This document shows positions 50,573-62,764 of a stretch of DNA of 64,000 nucleotides, in pieces. The notes under the pieces are model-generated. The model made no database searches. It was not told the DNA's origin and worked only from the letters and a program-made list of their open reading frames with translations. Source of the stretch: Eledone cirrhosa (taxonomy: Eukaryota); the NCBI GenBank assembly GCA_964016885.1, contig OZ024743.1, forward strand, positions 117,614,001 through 117,678,000, given 5' to 3'. Each line of letters begins with the position of its first letter. The first letter of the stretch is position 1. The translations under genes and the position numbers were made by a program.

Positions 50573-50645
50573 GCCGAAATAGCTCAGTTGGGAGAGCGTT
50601 AGACTGAAGATCTAAAGGTCCCCTGTTCAATCCCGGGTTTCGGCA
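50573..50645 (+). tRNA. tRNA-Phe(GAA) U41
   Basis: Array consensus. Confidence 0.92.
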
Positions 50646-50949
50646 TGCATACTTATTATTTTCTCAAATATTTCTAATGATTTTGATAGAGAACTATATA
50701 TGATTTAAATAACAATTAATCGAATGGTTCATTTGTCAGTCATCAAAAAGTCACTTTTATTTTAGTAGACACCAAATAATACCAACTATCAGCAAAACGT
50801 CATATAGTTCAGGTGTGTTTTTGAACATTTAGTTCCGATTCAATAAAAGAGGAATATTAGACGACAATATCAGCTATTCAGTTTATCAATTCAAATAATG
50901 TGTTGAACATTCTAAACGAAACCGTATATTGGAATGTATAGTAAGAGCT

Positions 50950-51023
50950 GTCTCTGTGGCGCAATCGGTTAGCGCGTTTGGCTGTTAACTGAAAGGTTGG
51001 TGGTGCAAGTCCACCCAGGGACG
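50950..51023 (+). tRNA. tRNA-Asn(GTT) U41, damaged
   Basis: C29T, T55G. Confidence 0.75.
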
Positions 51024-51361
51024 TAATAGTCTACTTTTGCTTTAGAAACATTACTAAAATATCTGTATATTTAGGTTTACAGCTTGCATTTAGAATTATT
51101 TGTAACACTAATACATGTTTCAATATATTAGCCTGATAAAGTTTAATTTTGCTTTACGTTACCTAAACCATTTAATCTCTACTGGATCGTATTTCACCAA
51201 AAATCTTCATATTTCTATCTTAAACGAACACTGATCATCATCTGATGGAACATATAAAGTGTATGTTATAAAAAAAATTCAAATGTTTTAACAATCTAAA
51301 GTAGATTATATTTATGTTTGTTTAAGTTCTTTCGTAAATATACATTCAGCACGCACCATTG

Positions 51362-51434
51362 ATCCGGCTAGCTCAGTCGGTAGAGCAGGAGACACTTAAT
51401 CTCAGAGTCCAGGGTTCGTGTCCAACGTTGGGTG
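51362..51434 (+). pseudogene. tRNA-Lys(CTT) pseudogene U41
   Basis: Array lesions. Confidence 0.85.
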
Positions 51435-51829
51435 AAAATGGTATTGTTTCCATGATATGTTTTATAAAATTGACATTAATATTAATATTACGAAATAATT
51501 ATATGGTACATTCATGTATCATGATCAATTGATATTCACCCTAAATATCTAATTGCAAAGCGAAATTTTCAGTGAGTTTTCAAAACATTCTTATATATTT
51601 ATGAAATTATTTTGCTATAGGTATGATATGAAGTTACTAATATTAATTTTAGTATATAGAACTTGCAACAGGAATAAGCAAGTTCAATTCAAATATTTAT
51701 GTTTTACATATAAATTACTCGTTTCTAAATCATAAATGATTATATTTCTCGAAGTATTTGTTTAATATAAATATATTGTGGCGATACTGATGTAATTATG
51801 ACGTCAAATAGAGAGTCACTAGCTGTACA

Positions 51830-51902
51830 GCCGAAATAGCTCAGTTGGGAGAGCGTTAGACTGAAGATCTAAAGGTCCCCTGTTCAATCCCGGGTTAACA
51901 CA
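51830..51902 (+). pseudogene. tRNA-Phe(GAA) U42, acceptor stem destroyed
   Basis: Positions 68-71 TCGG replaced by AACA. Confidence 0.8.
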
Positions 51903-52208
51903 TGCAGACGTATTATTTTCTCAAATATTTCTAATGATTTTGATAGAGAACTATATATGATTTAAATAACAATTAATCGAATGGTTCATTTGTCAGTCAT
52001 CAAAAAGTCACTTTTATTTTAGTAGACACCAAATAATACCAACTATCAGCAAAACGTCATATAGTTCAGGTGTGTTTTTGAACATTTAGTTCCGATTCAA
52101 TAAAAGAGGAATATTAGACGACAATATCTGCTATTCAGTATATCAATTTAAATAATGTGTTGAACATTCTAAACGAAACCGTCTATATTGGAATGTATAG
52201 CAAGAGCT

Positions 52209-52214
52209 GTCTCT

Positions 52215-52248
<34 letters not shown>

Positions 52249-52282
52249 TGAAAGGGTGGTGGTGCAAGTCCACCCAGGGATG
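52209..52282 (+). tRNA. tRNA-Asn(GTT) U42, damaged
   Basis: T47G, T55G, C72T. Confidence 0.72.
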
Positions 52283-52620
52283 TAATAGTCTACTTTTGCT
52301 TTAGAAACATTACTAAAATATCTGTATATTTAGGTTTACAGCTTGCATTTAGAATTATTTGTAACACTAATACATGTTTCAATATATTAGCCTGATAAAG
52401 ATTAATTTTGCTTTACGTTACCTAAACCATTTAATCTCTACTGGATCGTATTTCACCAAAAATCTTCATATTTCTATCTTAAACGAGCACTGATCATCAT
52501 CTGATGGAACATATAAAGTGTATGTTATAAAAAAAATTCAAATGTTTTAACAATCTAAAGTAGATTATATTTATGTTTGTTTAAGTTCTTTCGTAAATAT
52601 ACATTCAGCACGCACCATTG

Positions 52621-52693
52621 ATCTGGCTAGCTCAGTCGGTAGAGCAGGAGACACTTAATCTCAGAGTCCAGAGTTCGTGTCCAACGTTGGGTG
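52621..52693 (+). pseudogene. tRNA-Lys(CTT) pseudogene U42
   Basis: Array lesions plus C4T, G52A. Confidence 0.85.
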
Positions 52694-53088
52694 AAAATGG
52701 TATTGTTTCCATGATATGTTTTATAAAATTGACATTAATATTAATATTACGAAATAATTATATGGTACATTCATGTATCATGATCAATTGATATTCACCC
52801 TAAATATTTAATAGCAAAGCGAAATTTTCAGTGAGTTTTCAAAACATTCTTATATATTTATGAAATTATTTTGCTATAGGTATGATATGAATTTAGTAAT
52901 ATTAATTTTAGTATATAGAACATGCAACAGGAATAAGCAAGTTCAATTCAAATATTTATGTTTTACATATAAATTACTCGTTTCTAAATCATAAATGATT
53001 ATATTTCTCGAAGTATTTGTTTAATATAAATATATTGTGGCGATACTGATGTAATTATGACGTCAAATAGAGAGTCACTAGCTGTACA

Positions 53089-53161
53089 GCCGAAATAGCT
53101 CAGTTGGGAGAGCGTTAGACTGAAGATCTAAAGGTCCCCTGTTCAATCCCGGGTTTCGGCA
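53089..53161 (+). tRNA. tRNA-Phe(GAA) U43
   Basis: Array consensus. Confidence 0.92.
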
Positions 53162-53467
53162 TGCAGACTTATTATTTTCTCAAATATTTCTAATGATTTT
53201 GATAGAGAACTATATATGATTTAAATAACAATTAATCGAATGGTTCCTTTGTCAGTCATCAAAAAGTCACTTTTATTTTAGTAGACACCAAATAATACCA
53301 ACTATCAGCAAAACGTCATATAGTTCAGGTGTGTTTTTGAACATTTATTTCCGATTCAATAAAAGAGGAATATTAGACGACAATATCAGCTATTCAGTTT
53401 ATCAATTCGAATAATGTGTTGAACATTCTAAACGAAACCGTCTATATTGGAATGCATAGTAAGAGCT

Positions 53468-53541
53468 GTCTCTGTGGCGCAATCGGTTAGCGTGTTCGGC
53501 TGTTAACTGAAAGGTTGGTGGTTCAAGTCCACCCAGGGACG
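53468..53541 (+). tRNA. tRNA-Asn(GTT) U43
   Basis: C25T. Confidence 0.88.
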
Positions 53542-53879
53542 TAATAGTCTACTTTTGCTTTAGAAACATTACTAAAAAATCTGTATATTTAGGTTTACAG
53601 CTTGCATTTAGAATTATTTGTAACACTAATACATGTTTCAATATATTAGCCTGAGAAAGATTAATTTTGCTTTACGTTACCTAAACCATTTCATCTCTAC
53701 TGGATTGTATTTCACCAAAAATCTTCATATTTCTATCTTAAACGAACACTGATCATCATCTGATGGAACATATAAAGTGTATGTTATAAAAAAAATTCAA
53801 ATGTTTTAACAATCTAAAGTAGATTATATTTATGTTTGTTTAAGTTCTTTCGTAAATATACATTCAGCACGCACCATTG

Positions 53880-53952
53880 ATCTGGCTAGCTCAGTCGGTA
53901 GAGCAGAAGACATTTAATCTCAGAGTCCAGAGTTCGTGTCCAACGTTGGTTG
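53880..53952 (+). pseudogene. tRNA-Lys pseudogene U43 (anticodon CTT>TTT)
   Basis: Loop reads CA-TTT-AA; other lesions as U29. Confidence 0.85.
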
Positions 53953-54347
53953 AAAATGGTATTGTTTCCATGATATGTTTTATAAAATTGACATTAATAT
54001 TAATATTACGAAATAATTATATGGTACATTCATGTATCATGATCAATTGATATTCACCCTAAATATCTAATAGCAAAGCGACATTTTCAGTGAGTTTTCA
54101 AAACATTCTTATATATTTATGAAATTATTTTGCTATAGGTATGATATGAATTTAGTAATATTAATTTTAGTATATAGAACATGCAACAGGAATAAGCAAG
54201 TTCAATTCAAATATTTATGTTTTACATATAAATTACTCGTTTCTAAATCATAAATGATTATATTTCTCGAAGTATTTGTTTAATATAAATATATTGTGGC
54301 GATACTGATGTAATTATGACGTCAAATAGAGAGTCACTAGCTGTACA

Positions 54348-54420
54348 GCCGAAATAGCTCAGTTGGGAGAGCGTTAGACTGAAGATCTAAAGGTCCCCTG
54401 TTCAATCCCGGGTTTCGTCA
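54348..54420 (+). tRNA. tRNA-Phe(GAA) U44
   Basis: G71T. Confidence 0.82.
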
Positions 54421-54726
54421 TGCATACTTATTATTTTCTCAAATATTTCTAATGATTTTGATAGAGAACTATATATGATTTAAATAACAATTAATCGAAT
54501 GGTTCATTTGTCAGTCATCAAAAAGTCACTTTTATTTTAGTAGACACCAAATAATACCAACTATCAGCAAAACGTCATATAGTTCAGGTGTGTTTTTGAA
54601 CATTTAGTTCCGATTCAATAAAAGAGGAATATTAGACGACAATATCAGCTATTCAGTTTATCAATTCAAATAATGTGTTGAACATTCTAAACGAAACCGT
54701 ATATATTGGAATGTATAGTAAGAGCT

Positions 54727-54800
54727 GTCTCTGTGGCGCAATCGGTTAGCGCGTTTGGCTGTTAACTGAAAGGTTGGTGGTGCAAGTCCACCCAGGGACG
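54727..54800 (+). tRNA. tRNA-Asn(GTT) U44, damaged
   Basis: C29T, T55G. Confidence 0.75.
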
Positions 54801-55138
54801 TAATAGTCTACTTTTGCTTTAGAAACATTACTAAAATATCTGTATATTTAGGTTTACAGCTTGCATTTAGAATTATTTGTAACACTAATACATGTTTCAA
54901 TATATTAGCCTGATAAAGTTTAATTTTGCTTTACGTTACCTAAACCATTTAATCTCTACTGGATCGTATTTCACCAAAAATCTTCATATTTCTATCTTAA
55001 ACGAACACTGATCATCATCTGATGGAACATATAAAGTGTATGTTATAAAAAAAATTCAAATGTTTTAACAATCTAAAGTAGATTATATTTATGTTTGTTT
55101 AAGTTCTTTCGTAAATATACATTCAGCACGCACCATTG

Positions 55139-55211
55139 ATCCGGCTAGCTCAGTCGGTAGAGCAGGAGACACTTAATCTCAGAGTCCAGGGTTCGTGTCC
55201 AACGTTGGGTG
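55139..55211 (+). pseudogene. tRNA-Lys(CTT) pseudogene U44
   Basis: Array lesions. Confidence 0.85.
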
Positions 55212-55606
55212 AAAATGGTATTGTTTCCATGATATGTTTTATAAAATTGACATTAATATTAATATTACGAAATAATTATATGGTACATTCATGTATCATG
55301 ATCAATTGATATTCACCCTAAATATCTAATTGCAAAGCGAAATTTTCAGTGAGTTTTCAAAACATTCTTATATATTTATGAAATTATTTTGCTATAGGTA
55401 TGATATGAAGTTACTAATATTAATTTTAGTATATAGAACTTGCAACAGGAATAAGCAAGTTCAATTCAAATATTTATGTTTTACATATAAATTACTCGTT
55501 TCTAAATCATAAATGATTATATTTCTCGAAGTATTTGTTTAATATAAATATATTGTGGCGATACTGATGTAATTATGACGTCAAATAGAGAGTCACTAGC
55601 TGTACA

Positions 55607-55679
55607 GCCGAAATAGCTCAGTTGGGAGAGCGTTAGACTGAAGATCTAAAGGTCCCCTGTTCAATCCCTGGTTTGGGCA
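55607..55679 (+). tRNA. tRNA-Phe(GAA) U45, damaged
   Basis: G63T, C69G. Confidence 0.72.
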
Positions 55680-55985
55680 TGCAGACTTATTATTTTCTCA
55701 AATATTTCTAATGATTTTGATAGAGAACTATATATGATTTAAATAACAATTAATCGAATGGTTCATTTGTCAGTCATCAAAAAGTCACTTTTATTTTAGT
55801 AGACACCAAATAATACCAACTATCAGCAAAACGTCATATAGTTCAGGTGTGTTTTTGAACATTTAGTTCCGATTCAATAAAAGCGGAATATTAGACGACA
55901 ATATCAGCTATACAGTTTATCAATTCAAATAATGTGTTGAACATTCTAAACGAAACCGTCTATATATGAATGAATAGTAAGAGCT

Positions 55986-55991
55986 GTCTCT

Positions 55992-56025
<34 letters not shown>

Positions 56026-56059
56026 TGAAAGGTTGGTGCTTCAAGTCCACCCAGGGACG
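55986..56059 (+). tRNA. tRNA-Asn(GTT) U45, damaged
   Basis: G53C (B box). Confidence 0.75.
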
Positions 56060-56396
56060 TAATTGTCTACTTTTGCTTTAGAAACATTACTAAACAATCT
56101 GTATATTTAGGTTTACAGCTTGCATTTAGAATTATTTGTAACACTAATACATGTTTCAATATATTACCCTGATAAAGATTAATTTTGCTTTACGTTACCT
56201 AAACCATTTCATCTCTACTGGATTGTATTTCACCAAAAATCTTCATATTTCTATCTTAAACGAACACTGATCATCATCTGATGGAACATATAAAGTGTAT
56301 GTTATAAAAAAATTCAAATGTTTTAACAATCTAAAGTAGATTATATTTATGTTTGTTTAAGTTCTTTCGTAAATATACATTCAGCACGCACCATTG

Positions 56397-56469
56397 ATCC
56401 GGCTAGCTCAGTCGGTAGAGCAGGAGACACTTAATCTCAGAGTCCAGGGTTCGTGTCCAACGTTGGGTG
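56397..56469 (+). pseudogene. tRNA-Lys(CTT) pseudogene U45
   Basis: Array lesions. Confidence 0.85.
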
Positions 56470-56864
56470 AAAATGGTATTGTTTCCATGATATGTTTTAT
56501 AAAATTGACATTAATATTAATATTACGAAATAATTATATGGTACATTCATGTATCATGATCAATTGATATTCACCCTAAATATTTAATAGCAAAGCGAAA
56601 TTTTCAGTGAGTTTTCAAAACATTCTTATATATTTATGAAATTATTTTGCTATAGGTATGATATGAAGTTACTAATATTAATTTTCGTATATAGAACTTG
56701 CAACAGGAATAAGCAAGTTCAATTCAAATATTTATGTTTTACATAAAAATTACTCGTTTCTAAATCATAAATGATTATATTTCTCGAAGTATTTGTTTAA
56801 TATAAATATATTGTGGCGATACTGATGTAATTATGACGTCAATTAGAGAGTCACTAGCTGTACA

Positions 56865-56937
56865 GCCGAAATAGCTCAGTTGGGAGAGCGTTAGACTGAA
56901 GATCTAAAGGTCCCCTGTTCAATCTCGTGTTTCGGCA
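56865..56937 (+). tRNA. tRNA-Phe(GAA) U46, damaged
   Basis: C61T, G64T. Confidence 0.68.
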
Positions 56938-57243
56938 TGCAGACTTATTATTTTCTCAGGTATTTCTAATGATTTTGATAGAGAACTATATATGATTTAA
57001 ATAACAATTAATCGAATGGTTCCTTTGTCAGTCATCAAAAAGTCACTTTTATTTTAGTAGACACCAAATAATACCAACTATCAGCAACACGTCATATAGT
57101 TCAGGTGTGTTTTTGAACATTTAGTTCCGATTCAATAAAAGAGGAATATTAGACGACAATATCAGCTATTCAGTTTATCAATTCAAATAATGTGTTGAAC
57201 ATTCTAAACGAAACCGTCTATATATGAATGTATAGTAAGAGCT

Positions 57244-57249
57244 GTCTCT

Positions 57250-57283
<34 letters not shown>

Positions 57284-57317
57284 TGAAAGGTTGGCGGTTC
57301 AAGTACACCCAGGGACG
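57244..57317 (+). tRNA. tRNA-Asn(GTT) U46, damaged
   Basis: T51C, C61A. Confidence 0.7.
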
Positions 57318-57656
57318 TAATAGTCTACTTTTGCTTTAGAAACATTACTAAAAAATCTGTATATTTAGGTTTACAGCTTGCATTTAGAATTATTTGTAAC
57401 ACTAATACATGTTTCAATATATTAACCTGGATAAAGATTAATTTTGCTTTGCGTTACCTAGACCATTTCATCTCTACTGGATTGTATTTCACCAAAAATC
57501 TTCATATTTCTATCTTAAACGAACACTGATCATCATCTGATGGAACATATAAAGTGTACGTTATAAAAAAAATTCAAATGTTTTAACAATCTAAAGTAGA
57601 TTATATTTATGTTTGTTTAAGTTCTTTCGTAAATATACATTCAACACGCACCATTG

Positions 57657-57729
57657 ATCCGGCTAGCTCAGTCGGTAGAGCAGGAGACACTTAATCTCAG
57701 AGTCCAGGGTTCGTGTCCAACGTTGGGTG
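57657..57729 (+). pseudogene. tRNA-Lys(CTT) pseudogene U46
   Basis: Array lesions. Confidence 0.85.
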
Positions 57730-58124
57730 AAAATGGTATTGTTTCCATGATATGTTTTATAAAATTGACATTAATATTAATATTACGAAATAATTATATG
57801 GTACATTCATGTATCATGATCAATTGATATTCACCCTAAATATCTAATAGCAAAGCGAAATTTTCAGTGAGTTTTCAAAGCATTCTTATATATTTATGAA
57901 ATTATTTTGCTATAGGTATGATATGAATTTACTAATATTAATTTTAGTATATAGAACATGCAACAGGAATAAGCAAGTTCAATTCAAATATTTATGTTTT
58001 ACAAAAATATTACTCGTTTCTAAATCATAAATGATTATATTTCTCGAAGTATTTGTTTAATATAAATATATTGTGGCGATACTGATGTAATTATGACGTC
58101 AAATAGAGAGTCACTAGCTGTACA

Positions 58125-58197
58125 GCCGAAATAGCTCAGTTGGGAGAGCGTTAGACTGAAGATCTAAAGGTCCCCTGTTCACTCCCGGGTTTCGGCA
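58125..58197 (+). tRNA. tRNA-Phe(GAA) U47, damaged
   Basis: A58C. Confidence 0.78.
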
Positions 58198-58503
58198 TGC
58201 AGACGTATTATTTTCTCAAATATTTCTAATGATTTTGATAGAGAACTATATATGATTTAAAGAACAATTAATCGAATGGTTCATTTGTCAGTCATCAAAA
58301 AGTCACTTTTATTTTAGTAGACACCAAATAATACCAACTATCAGCAAAACGTCATATAGTTCAGGTGTGTTTTTGAACATTTAGTTCCGATTCAATAAAA
58401 GAGGAATATTAGACGACAATATCAGCTATTCAGTTTATCAATTCAAATAATGTGTTGAACATTCTAAACGAAACCGTCTATATATGAATGTATAGTAAGA
58501 GCT

Positions 58504-58509
58504 GTCTCT

Positions 58510-58543
<34 letters not shown>

Positions 58544-58577
58544 TGAAAGGTTGGTGGTTCAAGTTCACCCAGGGACG
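58504..58577 (+). tRNA. tRNA-Asn(GTT) U47, damaged
   Basis: C61T. Confidence 0.78.
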
Positions 58578-58915
58578 TAATAGTCTACTTTTGCTTTAGA
58601 AACATTACTAAAAAATCTGTATATTTAGGTTTACAGCTTGCATTCAGAATTATTTGTAACACTAATACATGTTTCAATATATTAGCCTGATAAAGATTAA
58701 TTTTGCTTTACGTTACCTAAACCATTTCATCTCTACTGGATTGTATTTCACCAAAAATCTTCATATTTCTATCTTAAACGAACACTGATCATCATCTGAT
58801 GGAACATATAAAGTGTATGTTATAAAAAAAATTCAAATGTTTTAACAATCTAAAGTAGATTATATTTATGTTTGTTTAAGTTCTTTCGTAAATATACATT
58901 CAGCACGCACCATTG

Positions 58916-58988
58916 ATACAGCTAGCTCAGTCGGTAGAGCAGGCGACACTTAATCTCAGAGTCCAGAGTTCGTGTCCAACGTTGGGTG
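58916..58988 (+). pseudogene. tRNA-Lys(CTT) pseudogene U47
   Basis: Array lesions plus C3A, G5A, A29C, G52A. Confidence 0.85.
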
Positions 58989-59383
58989 AAAATGGTATTG
59001 TTTCCATGATATGTTTTATAAAATTGACATTAATATTAATATTACGAAATAATTATATGGTACATTCATCTATCATGATCAATTGATATTCACCCTAAAT
59101 ATTTAATAGCAAAGCGAAATTTTCAGTGAGTTTTCAAAACATTCTTATATATTTATGAAATTATTTTGCTATAGGTATGATATGAAGTTACTAATATTAA
59201 TTTTAGTATATAGAACTTGCAACAGGAATAAGCAAGTTCAATTCAAATATTTATGTTTTACATAAAAATTACTCGTTTCTAAATCATAAATGATTATATT
59301 TCTCGAAGTATTTGTTTAATATAAATATATTGTGGCGATACTGATGTAATTATGACGTCAATTAGAGAGTCAGTAGCTGTACA

Positions 59384-59456
59384 TCCGAAATAGCTCAGTT
59401 GGGAGAGCGTTAGACTGAAGATCTAAAGGTCCCCTGTTCAATCCCGGGTTTCGGCA
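59384..59456 (+). tRNA. tRNA-Phe(GAA) U48
   Basis: G1T. Confidence 0.8.
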
Positions 59457-59762
59457 TGCAGACGTATTATTTTCTCAAATATTTCTAATGATTTTGATAG
59501 AGAACTATATATGATTTAAAGAACAATTAATCGAATGGTTCATTTGTCAGTCATCGAAAAGTCACTTTTATTTTAGTAGACACCAAATAATACCAACTAT
59601 CAGCAAAACGTCATATAGTTCGGGTGTGTTTTTGAACATTTAGTTCCGATTCAATAAAAGAGGAATATTAGACGACAATATCAGCTATTCAGTTTATCAA
59701 TTCAAATAATGTGTTGAACATTCTAAACGAAACCGTCTATATATGAATGTATAGCAAGAGCT

Positions 59763-59836
59763 GTCTCTGTGGCGCAATCGGTTTGCGCGTTCGGCTGTTA
59801 ACTGAAAGGTTGGTGGTTCATGTCCACCCAGGGACG
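59763..59836 (+). tRNA. tRNA-Asn(GTT) U48, damaged
   Basis: A21T, A58T. Confidence 0.72.
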
Positions 59837-60174
59837 TAATAGTCTACTTTTGCTTTAGAAACATTACTAAAATATCTGTATATTTAGGTTTACAGCTTGC
59901 ATTTAGAATTATTTGTAACACTAATACATGTTTCAATATATTAGCCTGATAAAGATTAATTTTGCTTTACGTTACCTAAACCATTTAATCTCTACTGGAT
60001 CGTATTTCACCAAAAATCTTCATATTTCTATCTTAAACGAACACTGATCATCATCTGATGGAACATATAAAGTGTATGTTATAAAAAAAATTCAAATGTT
60101 TTAACAATCTAAAGTAGATTATATTTATGTTTGTTTAAGTTCTTTCGTAAATATACATTCAGCACGCACCATTG

Positions 60175-60247
60175 ATACAGCTAGCTCAGTCGGTAGAGCA
60201 GGCGACACTTAATCTCAGAGTCCAGAGTTCGTGTCCAACGTTGGGTG
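60175..60247 (+). pseudogene. tRNA-Lys(CTT) pseudogene U48
   Basis: Same lesions as U47. Confidence 0.85.
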
Positions 60248-60642
60248 AAAATGGTATTGTTTCCATGATATGTTTTATAAAATTGACATTAATATTAATA
60301 TTACGAAATAATTATATGGTACATTCATCTATCATGATCAATTGATATTCACCCTAAATATTTAATAGCAAAGCGAAATTTTCAGTGAGTTTTCAAAACA
60401 TTCTTATATATTTATGAAATTATTTTGCTATAGGTATGATATGAAGTTACTAATATTAATTTTAGTATATAGAACTTGCAACAGGAATAAGCAAGTTCAA
60501 TTCAAATATTTATGTTTTACAAAAAAATTACTCGTTTCTAAATCATAAATGATTATATTTCTCGAAGTATTTGTTTAATATAAATATATTGTGGCGATAC
60601 TGATGTAATTATGACGTCAATTAGAGAGTCACTAGCTGTACA

Positions 60643-60715
60643 GCCGAAATAGCTCAGTTGGGAGAGCGTTAGACTGAAGATCTAAAGGTCCCCTGTTCAA
60701 TCCCGGGTTTCGTCA
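60643..60715 (+). tRNA. tRNA-Phe(GAA) U49
   Basis: G71T. Confidence 0.82.
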
Positions 60716-61021
60716 TGCAGACGTATTATTTTCTCAAATATTTCTAATGATTTTGATAGAGAACTATATATGATTTAAAGAACAATTAATCGAATGGTTC
60801 ATTTGTCAGTCATCGAAAAGTCACTTTTATTTTAGTAGACACCAAATAATACCAACTATCAGCAAAACGTCATATAGTTCGGGTGTGTTTTTGAACATTT
60901 AGTTCCGATTCAATAAAAGAGGAATATTAGACGACAATATCAGCTATTCAGTTTATCAATTCAAATAATGTGTTGAACATTCTAAACGAAACCGTCTATA
61001 TATGAATGTATAGTCAGAGCT

Positions 61022-61027
61022 GTCTCT

Positions 61028-61061
<34 letters not shown>

Positions 61062-61095
61062 TTAAAGGTTGGTGGTTCAAGTCCACCCAGGGACG
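61022..61095 (+). tRNA. tRNA-Asn(GTT) U49, damaged
   Basis: G41T in anticodon stem. Confidence 0.78.
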
Positions 61096-61433
61096 TAATA
61101 GTCTACTTTTGCTTTAGAAACATTACTAAAAAATCTGTATATTTAGGTTTACAGCTTGCATTTAGAATTATTTGTAACACTAATACATGTTTCAATATAT
61201 TAGCCTGATAAAGATTAATTTTGCTTTACGTTACCTAAACCATTTCATCTCTACTGGATTGTATTTCACCAAAAATCTTCATATTTCTATCTTAAACGAA
61301 CACTGATCATCATCTGATGGAAGATATAAAGTGTATGTTATAAAAAAAATTCAAATGTTTTAACAATCTAAAGTAGATTATATTTATGTTTGTTTAAGTT
61401 CTTTCGTAAATATACATTTAGCACGCACCATTG

Positions 61434-61506
61434 ATCCGGCTAGCTCAGTCGGTACAGCAGGAGACACTTAATCTCAGAGTCCAGAGTTCGTGTCCAACGT
61501 TAGGTG
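61434..61506 (+). pseudogene. tRNA-Lys(CTT) pseudogene U49
   Basis: Array lesions plus G22C, G52A, G69A. Confidence 0.85.
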
Positions 61507-61901
61507 AAAATGGTATTGTTTCCATGATATGTTTTATAAAATTGACATTAATATTAATATTACGAAATAATTATATGGTACATTCATGTATCATGATCAA
61601 TTGATATTCACCCTAAATATCTAATAGCAAAGCGAAATTTTCAGTGAGTTTCCAAAACATTCTTATATATTTATGAAATTATTTTGCTATAGGTATGATA
61701 TGAATTTACTAATATTAATTTTAGTATATAGAACTTGCAACAGGAATAAGCAAGTTCAATTCAAATATTTATGTTTTACATAAAATTTACTCGTTTCTAA
61801 ATCATAAATGATTATATTTCTCGAAGTATTTGTTTAATATAAATATATTGTGGCGATACTGATGTAATGATGACGTCAAATAGAGAGTCACTAGCTGTAC
61901 A

Positions 61902-61974
61902 GCCGAAATAGCTCAGTTGGGAGAGCGTTAAACTGAAGATCTAAAGGTCCCCTGTTTAATCCCGGGTTTCGTCA
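61902..61974 (+). tRNA. tRNA-Phe(GAA) U50, likely pseudogene
   Basis: G30A, C56T, G71T. Confidence 0.65.
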
Positions 61975-62280
61975 TGCAGACTTATTATTTTCTCAAATAT
62001 TTCTAATGATTTTGATAGAGAACTATATATGATTTAAATAACAATTAATCGAATGGTTCCTTTGTCAGTCATCAAAAAGTCACTTTTATTTTAGTAGACA
62101 CCAAATAATACCAACTATTAGCAAAACGTCATATAGTTCAGGTGTGTTTTTGAACATTTAGTTCCGATTCAATAAAAGAGGAATATTAGACGACAATATC
62201 AGCTATTCAGTTTATCAATTCAAATAATGTGTTGAACATTCTAAACGAAACCGTCTATATATGAATGTATAGTAAGAGCT

Positions 62281-62286
62281 GTCTCT

Positions 62287-62320
<34 letters not shown>

Positions 62321-62354
62321 TGAAAGGTTGGTGGTTCAAGTCCACCCAGGGACG
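62281..62354 (+). tRNA. tRNA-Asn(GTT) U50
   Basis: Array consensus. Confidence 0.92.
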
Positions 62355-62691
62355 TAATAGACTGCTTTTGCTTTAGAAACATTACTAAAAAATCTATATA
62401 TTTATGTTTACAGCTTGCATTTAGAATTATTTGTAACACTAATACATGTTTCAATATATTAGCCTGATAAAGATTAATTTTGCTTTACGTTACCTAAACA
62501 ATTTCATCTCTACTGGATTGTATTTCACCAAAAACTTCATATTTCTATCTTAAACGAACACTGATCATCATCTGATGGAACATATAAAGTGTATGTTATA
62601 AAAAAAATTCAAATGTTTTAACAATCTAAAGTAAATTATATTTATGTTTGTTTAAGTTTTTTCGTAAATATACATTCAGCACGCACCATTG

Positions 62692-62764
62692 ATCCGGCTA
62701 GCTCAGTCGGTAGAGCAGGAGACACTTAATCTCAGAGTCCAGAGTTCGTGTCCAACGTTGGGTG
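62692..62764 (+). pseudogene. tRNA-Lys(CTT) pseudogene U50
   Basis: Array lesions plus G52A. Confidence 0.85.

Larger units (their letters stand above)
41522..51589 (+). repeat. Four-unit (~5,035 bp) higher-order repeat, two copies (U34-37, U38-41)
   Basis: Same ordered set of four monomer variants; Phe A14G/G15T at 41762 and 46797; gaagttacta marker recurs 5,033 bp apart. Confidence 0.85.

Noticed and set aside
53880-53952. Anticodon switch CTT>TTT as a functional recoding event
   Set aside because: Single copy, same amino acid, and in an already broken pseudogene.
7523-55512. Recurrent 60-aa plus-strand ORF (MQSEIFSEF...)
   Set aside because: Starts at TTG, which is TAG in many units; interrupted by stops in other copies; AT-rich spacer with no recognisable domain. 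An artefact multiplied by the repeat.
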